From: an uncultured Candidatus Saccharibacteria bacterium
GTDB taxonomy: Bacteria; Patescibacteriota; Saccharimonadia; Saccharimonadales; UBA4665
Assembly (NCBI GenBank): GCA_964533425.1
Contig: CAZHJG010000002.1
Location: 1 to 48,912, forward strand
DNA length: 48,912 bases
Reading direction: 5' to 3'
Shown here: positions 1 to 7,900 of the stretch, one piece after another
How the letters are laid out: each line of letters begins with the position of its first letter
How positions within the stretch are numbered: the stretch's first letter is position 1
The notes under the pieces: generated by a model
The model's input: only the letters and a program-made list of their open reading frames with translations
The model's database searches: none
Told to the model about the DNA's origin: nothing
Position numbers and translations under genes: made by a program

Positions 1-2
1 GC

Positions 3-467
3 CCAACTTTATCATTCTCGGTTTCGCCAAACTCAGCCAATGTGGGTAGCTTTTTGCCAAATACCATCGTCACCAGCCCTAACATATCGTTCACCTATGC
101 TACCAACGGTGCTTCCGGGGGCGGCATTTACGTGATGGGTAAAAATTCCGGCTTCTTCAGCACCTCAAAAAGTTTCACCATATCAGCTGTGACTGGCGAC
201 TTGAGCTCCCTGAGCCAGGGCTTTGGTATTCAGGCAACCAACCCCAGCCAGACTTCAGGGGGACCGCTAACTACCGTCAGTCCTTATAATGGTAGCGGCA
301 ATAACGTTGGGGCAGAGTCCACCACCTTTGCTCAAATGTTTACAACCAGCGCATCGATTATTGGCGGTACGGCTACAGCAAATGTGCAAGTAAAAGCCCC
401 GCAAACCGCGCCGCCTGCTTCTGACTACAACGAAGTCTTTACTTTTATTGCCTCGGCTAGCTTTTAA
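3..467 (+). CDS. Secreted WxL-like surface protein, 5'-truncated by the window edge (C-terminal ~155 aa)
   Basis: The frame is open from base 3, with no stop before the GTG listed at 42, so the ORF runs off the left edge. It follows the layout of the C-terminal half of the paralogs at 1723 and 2848: PTLSFSVSPNS vs PTFTLSLSGST, and terminal DYNEVFTFIASASF vs DYTDTITVIGTGSF. Confidence 0.6.
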   Translation, partial: PTLSFSVSPNSANVGSFLPNTIVTSPNISFTYATNGASGGGIYVMGKNSGFFSTSKSFTISAVTGDLSSLSQGFGIQATNPSQTSGGPLTTVSPYNGSGNNVGAESTTFAQMFTTSASIIGGTATANVQVKAPQTAPPASDYNEVFTFIASASF

Positions 468-497
468 TAAACAAAAAGTTAACATGTTAAGTGTGTT

Positions 498-1589
498 ATG
501 AGTGCGCCACGTCCGTTATACTACATAGCCATGAAGCAGTGGAGACGTGCTATAAGCCTGTTGCTGGCAGTATCTATAGTTACTGGCTTGGCTAGTATGC
601 CGGGTACGGCTCACGCCGCTGGTAGCGGGATCAGTCTCACGACTTCTCCAGTTTCGCTTGATCTAATGGTGCAGTCCGGAACCAGTGTGACGCGCACCTT
701 GCTCGTCATGAATAATGGAACGACACCGGTAAAAATCACCATGCAACTGGATGAATTCAGCGCCAAGGGTACCGACGGCCAGGCCATTATTACCCAACCA
801 GCGCCCAACGATCCTTCTCCCGGCTGGGTCAGCTTTTCGCCGAAAAGCTTTATTGCCCAGCCAAGCGTCTGGATGCCTGTAAAAATGACCATCAACCTGC
901 CCAAAAATGCCCAACTGGGTTATTACTATGCTGCGGTCTTTGCGCCTGACATTGGCACCAAAGCCGGCAATCACACTAATGTCATTAAGGGTAGTAACGG
1001 TATTTTGGTGCTGGTGGACACCCAATCTGGCAATGAAAAGCGGACCGTTGATATTGCAAGTTTCACGAGCAGCAAAAAAATTTACGAATACTTACCAGCG
1101 TCATTTACCGTTAGCGTACATAATAATGGCAATATCTACCTGGCGCCCTATGGCAATATCTACATCAGCAAAAGCGCTGACTCCACCCACACTATCGATG
1201 TCCTGAAAGTGAACCCGAACGGTGGGAACGTGCTGCCAGATTCATATCGGAATTTTAGCGCGACCTGGAGCAATGGCTCACCGGCCTTTGTCAATAAAAC
1301 AATTGCCGGCCAGGCAGTCAGGGATAAATCAGGCCAACCGGTGCAACGCCTCAGCTGGGATTTCTCGCACGGCAAAAAACTTCGCTTTGGAAAATATTAC
1401 GCCAAACTAACGCTGATATATAACAATGGCAAGCAGACCATTCCGCTGACGAGTACAATTTCGTTTTGGGTATTGCCGTGGAAGATAATTGGCGGCTTCA
1501 TAATTGTATTGGCGGCGATCATTGCTGGCCTGTGGTTCGGGCGGGAACGTATTGGAAGGGCTTTGAAGGTTTTGGCTGGCAAAGCGTAA
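498..1589 (+). CDS. Membrane-anchored cell-surface protein with DUF916/DUF3324-like (CscA-type) architecture
   Basis: 363-aa ORF. The signal peptide reads best from the Met at 531 (MKQWRRAISLLLAVSIVTGLASMPGTAHA). It has two beta-rich halves, then a C-terminal TM helix (IIGGFIIVLAAIIAGLWF) and a basic tail (GRERIGR). The family call rests on architecture and loose motif resemblance only. Confidence 0.6.
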   Translation: MSAPRPLYYIAMKQWRRAISLLLAVSIVTGLASMPGTAHAAGSGISLTTSPVSLDLMVQSGTSVTRTLLVMNNGTTPVKITMQLDEFSAKGTDGQAIITQPAPNDPSPGWVSFSPKSFIAQPSVWMPVKMTINLPKNAQLGYYYAAVFAPDIGTKAGNHTNVIKGSNGILVLVDTQSGNEKRTVDIASFTSSKKIYEYLPASFTVSVHNNGNIYLAPYGNIYISKSADSTHTIDVLKVNPNGGNVLPDSYRNFSATWSNGSPAFVNKTIAGQAVRDKSGQPVQRLSWDFSHGKKLRFGKYYAKLTLIYNNGKQTIPLTSTISFWVLPWKIIGGFIIVLAAIIAGLWFGRERIGRALKVLAGKA

Positions 1590-1655
1590 ATTTTCGCCAC
1601 CCTTGATAAACGTGGAAATAATCCACAGAAAAGACAAATAAAGCACCCAAAATAG

Positions 1656-1682
1656 TTGACTTCATCAAACTTATGCTAAAAT
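1656..1682 (+). promoter_or_regulatory. Candidate sigma70-type promoter for the WxL-like gene at 1723
   Basis: TTGACT (1656-1661), a 15-nt spacer, then TGcTAAAAT (extended -10, hexamer 1677-1682). An upstream AAAGACAAA motif is shared with the region before the paralog at 2848. Confidence 0.35.
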
Positions 1683-1722
1683 GTGGGCAGTACCTCGAGA
1701 AACATTAAGAAAACATTAAATT

Positions 1723-2742
1723 ATGAAAAAAATGACCCGGGTGAGAATACTGATACTTGCGCTGGCGCTAGTGCTGGCAAACTTTACGTTCGTCATTCCT
1801 AAAGTATTTGCTGGCACACTCACCAAAACCAATATTTTAGAAATTGGCGGGGCCAGTAATGCCAATCCAATGATTGTTAGTGACGGTCAGCAAGTAGCAA
1901 TTGACTTTAAAACCGTAGGTGCTGGTGCCACCACCGCATCGGTAAACTTCAACAACTTTAGTGGTGGCACAGTTAATACCACACAAAGTATTAGCAGTAC
2001 CGGCTGTACAACGTATTTCCCTAATGCCACATTGCTGCCGGGCGGCTCTCTGGCTGCCTCGGGTTCCGGCACTACCGTCAGTATTACTGGCATTACTGCG
2101 CTGTCGGCCACGACTGAATACTGTACAATTTTGACTTCCACGACCGCTGTTACTAATCCCAGTGGCGGTGGCGTATACAGCGCGCTAGTAACTGTCGGTT
2201 CAGATAGCCAGAACGCAGCATTTGATGTACTGGCTTCTGGTGCCAACGCTTACTCAATCACCGGTACTGTTGCACCAACCTTTACCTTGTCACTGAGCGG
2301 TTCGACTGACTCTTTCTCGGGCAACCTCTCAGCCTCTGCCCTTACCCTTTCAAGCGGTATCACTGCCACGGTGAATACCAACGCTCCCTCGGGGTGGAGC
2401 CTGTATGCCAAAGATAGCAATGCGGGGTTGACGTCGGCCTCGGCTGGCCACACCATCGCCTCAGTTTCGCCGGGCAGTAACATAACCATGAACGGCGGTG
2501 CGATCGGCACCGAAAAATACGCCCTAGGTGTCAGCGCTAATAACACCACCAACTATGCCTACAACAGCGGCACCACCGGTGGCGGACTCAGCAGCACAGC
2601 CTTCAACCAAATCGCTACCAGCGCCTCAGCCGCCAATGGAGTCACCCAGGTTCTACACGAACTGACGGATATCTCAGCCACCACCCAACCTGGCGCTGAC
2701 TATACAGACACTATCACCGTCATTGGTACTGGTTCCTTCTAA
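1723..2742 (+). CDS. Secreted WxL-like surface protein, tandem paralog 1
   Basis: 339 aa. Signal peptide MKKMTRVRILILALALVLANFTFVIPKVFA. It has a single W-x-L motif (PSGWSLYAKDS), a Ser/Thr/Gly-rich beta-type sequence, two Cys, and a C-terminal strand PGADYTDTITVIGTGSF. By eye about 80% identical to the next gene. Confidence 0.7.
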   Translation: MKKMTRVRILILALALVLANFTFVIPKVFAGTLTKTNILEIGGASNANPMIVSDGQQVAIDFKTVGAGATTASVNFNNFSGGTVNTTQSISSTGCTTYFPNATLLPGGSLAASGSGTTVSITGITALSATTEYCTILTSTTAVTNPSGGGVYSALVTVGSDSQNAAFDVLASGANAYSITGTVAPTFTLSLSGSTDSFSGNLSASALTLSSGITATVNTNAPSGWSLYAKDSNAGLTSASAGHTIASVSPGSNITMNGGAIGTEKYALGVSANNTTNYAYNSGTTGGGLSSTAFNQIATSASAANGVTQVLHELTDISATTQPGADYTDTITVIGTGSF

Positions 2743-2786
2743 ACCGCTTTTACAAACAAAAATAAACAGGAAAGACAAAATCGCGC

Positions 2787-2815
2787 TTGACTTTAAAACG
2801 GTTATACTAATAATT
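2787..2815 (+). promoter_or_regulatory. Candidate promoter for the WxL-like gene at 2848
   Basis: TTGACT (2787-2792), a 17-nt spacer, then ATAATT (2810-2815). The same AAAGACAAA...TTGACT arrangement occurs upstream of 1723. Confidence 0.3.
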
Positions 2816-2847
2816 AATTGCAGGATTAACTTAAAACAAAAACAAAT

Positions 2848-3870
2848 ATGAAAAAAAGTAAGTTCTCAAAAGCTAAGATTTATTTTTTGGTGTTGGCACT
2901 CGTACTTGCCAATGCCGTGGTTCTGCTACCAAAAGCTTCAGCCAGCACACTGACCAAGACGTCTATCCTTGAGCTGGGCGGAGCCAGTAATGCTAACCCC
3001 ATGATAGCCAGCGATGGCCAGTCGTTTGCACTAGATTTCAAAACCGTGGCTTCTGGCGCCACGTCAGTAACCGTTAATTTCAATAACTTCAGTGGTGGCT
3101 CTGTAAACGCTACCCAAAGCGTCTCCAGCACCGGCTGTACCACTTACTTCCCGAACGCCACATTATTACCTGGCTCGCTGACAGCAGCTGGCTCCAGCAA
3201 CACTATAACTATCAGCAACGTCACAGCTCTATCGGCCACCACCGAATACTGTACCGTCCTGACTTCCACGAGTGCTGTTACCAACCCGGCCTCACCTGGT
3301 GTCTATGGTGCACTAGTAACCGCAGGTTCAGACAGCCAGAGCGTGGGCTTTGACGTGCTTAATTCTGGCGACAACGCCTACTCCATCACTGGTACTGTTG
3401 GTCAGACCTTCACCTTGTCGCTTAGTGGCAACACCGACTCCTTCCCCGGTAATCTGTCCGCTTCCGCTCTAACCGTTTCCAACGGCATTACAGCCACAGT
3501 AAGCACCAACGCAAACTCCGGCTGGAGTTTGTATGCCAAAGATTCCAACGCCGGTCTAAACTCCACCAGCGCTGGCCACACGATCGCTACAGTGTCGCCA
3601 GGCAGCAACGTGACCATGAACGGTGGGGCAATCGGTAGTGAGAAGTACGCGTTAGGCGTCAGCGCTAACAACACCACCAACTATGCCTACAACGCCGGCA
3701 CCACTGGCGGTGGTTTGAGCAACACAGCCTTCAACCAAATCGCTACCAGCGCTTCCGCCGGCTCTGGTGTGACCCAAGTGCTGCACGAATTAGCTGATAT
3801 TTCTTCCACGACCCAGCCTGGCGCCGACTACACCGATACGGTTACTGTCATCGGTGCTGGCTCATTCTAG
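2848..3870 (+). CDS. Secreted WxL-like surface protein, tandem paralog 2
   Basis: 340 aa with a signal peptide. Long identical blocks are shared with 1723..2742 (GGASNANPMI, VNFNNFSGG, STGCTTYFPNATLLPG, SGWSLYAKDSNAGL, KYALGVSANNTTNYAYN, TQPGADYTDT). Ends in VIGAGSF. Confidence 0.7.
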   Translation: MKKSKFSKAKIYFLVLALVLANAVVLLPKASASTLTKTSILELGGASNANPMIASDGQSFALDFKTVASGATSVTVNFNNFSGGSVNATQSVSSTGCTTYFPNATLLPGSLTAAGSSNTITISNVTALSATTEYCTVLTSTSAVTNPASPGVYGALVTAGSDSQSVGFDVLNSGDNAYSITGTVGQTFTLSLSGNTDSFPGNLSASALTVSNGITATVSTNANSGWSLYAKDSNAGLNSTSAGHTIATVSPGSNVTMNGGAIGSEKYALGVSANNTTNYAYNAGTTGGGLSNTAFNQIATSASAGSGVTQVLHELADISSTTQPGADYTDTVTVIGAGSF

Positions 3871-3893
3871 AACGCATCCTATATACTGGTTAG

Positions 3894-4868
3894 GTGATAA
3901 TTGCCGCGAGACGGTTACGCTTGGGCGGGTTGGCTATGCTTCTGGCGCTGCTGTCGATGAGTGCCGCCTATGCGGCTGGTCCGACTTCGGCCTCAACAAC
4001 CTCAAACCTGTCTGTTTCTCCGGCCATTGAGCAGCTCAATTTGAGCCCAAATCAGGACACCGTATCTTTCCAAACCACAGTTGTTAATAACAGCTCTGCG
4101 CCGGCTACAATTCAGGTTCAAATGAGCGACTTCACGGCCCTGAACACCACCGGAAGCGTGTCATTCCTAGGCACCCATTACAAGAATAGCAATCTACATG
4201 GGCTGGCGCAGTCAATGCACGTTGCCAATCCTACGTTGGTGGTGGGTGCCAACTCCAACCAAACAGTGCCAATTACGATTACCAACGCCAGTCATTTGGC
4301 CCCCGGCGGGCATTATGGCGCAGTAATTTTTAAAATTCTGCCAACACCGACCTCTCTGCACGGTAGTGGGTTATCGACCAATGAGGAAGTATCTGTCCTA
4401 GTATTTCTCACTACGTCCAGTGGTCGCACTCAAACCATTTCCCTAAGTAATCCGCAACTTAATACTATAGCCACTAAATTTCCCAGCACGCTCAATCTTG
4501 ATTTTGCTAACACCGGTAACACGCAGACTACGCCTCACGGAATAGTCACGCTTACTAACAACCAAAATCAGGAATTAGCGCGGGGAATTATCAATGTTGA
4601 CTCGGGCCTGGTTCTGCCCGCTACTGACCGGTTGTACCAGGTTAACCTGATATACTCCAAGCACACTTTTACCCCCGGTTGGTATAAGCTTCATGTGACA
4701 TATCAAGCCGACGCCGGGCTGCGTCAAATCACTTACACGAAACGCTTCTTTTACCTGAGCCGTACGCTGTTATGGCTGACAGTACTGTTGGTCTTGCTCG
4801 CCCTCGCTACCAGCTCATATCTAGCCCATAGAGGCTACAAAAAGTATCGACTTCGACCCAAACCGTAA
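3894..4868 (+). CDS. Second membrane-anchored DUF916/DUF3324-like cell-surface protein
   Basis: 324 aa with a GTG start. Signal peptide (LAMLLALLSMSAAYAAGP), a two-domain beta-rich body, a C-terminal TM helix (LLWLTVLLVLLALATSSYL) and a basic tail (HRGYKKYRLRPKP). Same layout as 498..1589. Confidence 0.6.
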   Translation: MIIAARRLRLGGLAMLLALLSMSAAYAAGPTSASTTSNLSVSPAIEQLNLSPNQDTVSFQTTVVNNSSAPATIQVQMSDFTALNTTGSVSFLGTHYKNSNLHGLAQSMHVANPTLVVGANSNQTVPITITNASHLAPGGHYGAVIFKILPTPTSLHGSGLSTNEEVSVLVFLTTSSGRTQTISLSNPQLNTIATKFPSTLNLDFANTGNTQTTPHGIVTLTNNQNQELARGIINVDSGLVLPATDRLYQVNLIYSKHTFTPGWYKLHVTYQADAGLRQITYTKRFFYLSRTLLWLTVLLVLLALATSSYLAHRGYKKYRLRPKP

Positions 4869-4928
4869 GCGGCATTGTTCTCCCCTGTTAAATCTGCTAT
4901 AGTTTAAGGGGGAAAATAAGAAAGATTT

Positions 4929-7900
4929 ATGTTGAGTAAACGAGGCGTTGTGCTTGGCGTAGCCACTGTATCGCTGGGTTTACTTTTTTCTGTTTTTGGA
5001 CTGTTATTATCACCAGAGAAGACCGCGGCGGTCACCGGCATAAACCAGGAGGTCAGCTTCGAGGGTAAGATTGTCGACGGCTCAGGCTTGAACCTGGCCG
5101 ACAACACCTACAACATGGAATTTAAGATCTACACGGCGGCCGGTTCCTGTAACCCGACCACTGGTGTAGGCTGCACCCTAGGCTGGACGGAAGACTGGCT
5201 GGTTAGTGCCAGCCACGGCGTTACTACTTCCAGTGGTACGTTCGAAGTCAATCTAGACTCTATTGCGGCGAACAACTTCTCCGGCATCGACTTCAACACC
5301 AATCCACTTTATCTGTCGATCCAAGTTGGCAACACCTCATCTTGTACTCCGTCTGGCAACTTTACGGCAAACTGTGGTGGAGACGGGGAAATGAAGCCGT
5401 ACATCCTGCTGACTTCTTCGCCTTATGCCCTCAACTCTGGTTTACTCGGTGGCTTGGCGGCTTCTTCGTTCGGACAACTGGCCGCCAACGAAACCTTTAC
5501 TGGTACCAATACCTTTCAGCCGACCACTAATATCACCTCTGTTAAAATCCTTCAAAATTCCTCCGGCTCCTTTGGCCAAGACGTTTTTGATGTCCAAGGC
5601 TCTGGCGGTGCCAGCAACTTTATTCAGGTGACCAGTACGGCGGCCAACCAAGGCGCTGTAACTATTCAGTCTTTGGGATCAAATGCTCTAAACCTGAATT
5701 CCGGGTCCAACACTGTATCTGTTGGCGCCACGAATATTACCGGAACCGGAGCGCTCACCGTGGCGGCCGGTGGTTCAGCCACAAACCTCGACCTGGAAGG
5801 TGCCACCACCGGTTCGGTCAGCGTGGGCACGAGCGCTAACAACAAGACGGTCAACATCGGTGCGGTTGGCTCAACGGCCAACACTACCACGCTGAACCTG
5901 GCCAACTCAACCGGAGCCGCGCAAACTGTAAGTATTGGCTCGACGAATACGACCAGCTCCACCACCATAAAAGGCGGCACAGGCTCTGGCGCCGGCGGCA
6001 TAATTCTTAACCCCGGTGGTGCGTCTAACTCCGGCGTTGTCGTTATGCCCAGCGCGGACTCCACGGCGGTTTTCCAGATTCAAAACGCGTCCAGTAGCTC
6101 GTTGTTCAACGTTGATACCAACGGATTGAATATCGCCCTGAACGGTAATATAACCGTAAGCGGTGCTGGCAGCACACTGTTTTCGGACGGTTTCGAATCG
6201 GGCACCATGGGTGCTTGGACGAATACCGGCATGACGGTGCAAACTTCTACGGTGCATTCCGGTGCTGACGCTGCGCAAGCTGCTTATACCGCCGGTTCCA
6301 CTAAATTCGCCACCGGCAACTTGTCGAGCAGCTCGTCCTCTGTCTATTACCGGGCCTATGTCTACATTGCCGGCAACACCAATAGCAATGGTAACGACCT
6401 CATGCAGGTCATCGCTTCCGCCAACGCTTTCACGGTGTTTATCACTAACAGTGGCAGCGGCAACGTTGTTTGTTTATTCAACAGCGTGACGTCAGGTAGT
6501 ACCTGCGGCACGGCGACTATGTCCATTACCACTTGGCACGAGATGGAACTGCGCGTTAACACCGGAACCAGCGGTAGTTGGCAGCTCAGTATGGATGGCA
6601 TATTGGTAGCTAGCGCAAGCGGCGTCAACATGGGCTCATCAAATGCAACCTCGATCGAGATCGGTGAAGGCAACGCTGGCAAGAGCAGCCTGACCAGCAA
6701 CTACGATGATGTGCTCGTCACAGGCAACGTCGCATCGTTTACTGTGAACGGGCCTTCTACGCTGGGCGGCAGTGTGCTGGCCAAGCCTGTTTCCGACAGC
6801 ACAAGTGCTTTCCAGATTCAGACTAGTACCGGCAACAATCTACTAGCTGTCGACACCACTAATAGTCAGATCATTTTAGGCAAAGCAGGGACGCTAACCG
6901 CAAAGCTGGTCTTAGCAAGTAGCGGCTCAAGCAGCTTCACGGCCTCGATTCAAGCCAATGCTAGCCCTACCGCAAATATAAACTGGGTACTACCAGCCGC
7001 AGACAGCGCCGGCTGCTTGCAATCCAACGGCTCCGGCACCTTATCGATTGCAGCTTGTGGTGACACGCACGTCGACGATTTAACCGCGACCACTGCAACC
7101 TGGAATAAACCGACCAATGCCTTATTGCTGATCGTCGAATTGATTGGCGGCGGAGGTGGCGGCGGAGGTGGCGGCGGAGGTAGCAGCGGCACCACGGCCG
7201 CGACCGGCGGCGGTGCAGGCGGAGGTGGCGCTTACGTAACTAAAACTTTTGCGGCTTCAAATGTGGCCGCGGGAAACCAGACTATTACCGTTGGCGCTGC
7301 GACAGGTAACGCAGCCGGCGGCACGAACACTACGGGAACCAATGGCGGCGGCGGTAATAGCACCACTTTCTTAACAACGCCGATTCTAACGGCCTTCGGC
7401 GGCGGCGGCGGCTCCAGAGGCAACAACAGCGCCACCCTGTCCGGTGGTGGTGGCGGCGGCGGCTCCACCGGAGCCGGCTCTTCATCGGCATCTTCGGCGA
7501 CCGGCGGAGCAGGCGGATTGCCTGGTCTAACGGCTGCTGCAACCGGTGCCGCTGCTGGCGCCCCTGGTACACAGAACCCAGGCAACGGCGGAGGAGGTGG
7601 TGGTAATGGTGCTGCCGGCGGTAATGGCGGCTTAGCCAACTGGGGTGGCGGCGGTGGAGCCGGATCGAACCTTGGTGGTACAGCTGGTAACGCTGGCGGT
7701 AGCTCAGGGCACGGCGCGGCAGGCGGCGGTGCCGGCGGCAGCTGTGCGGCGACTTGCGCTGCGACAGCCGGTGGTGCCGGTGGTGCTGTTCCTTCTGGTG
7801 CTGCCGGTGGTGGCGGAACTGCAGGCGCTGCTGCTTCATGTGCTACTACAGGTTCAGGTGGTGCTGGAACGGCAAGTACTAGCATGTACGGCGGTGCTGG

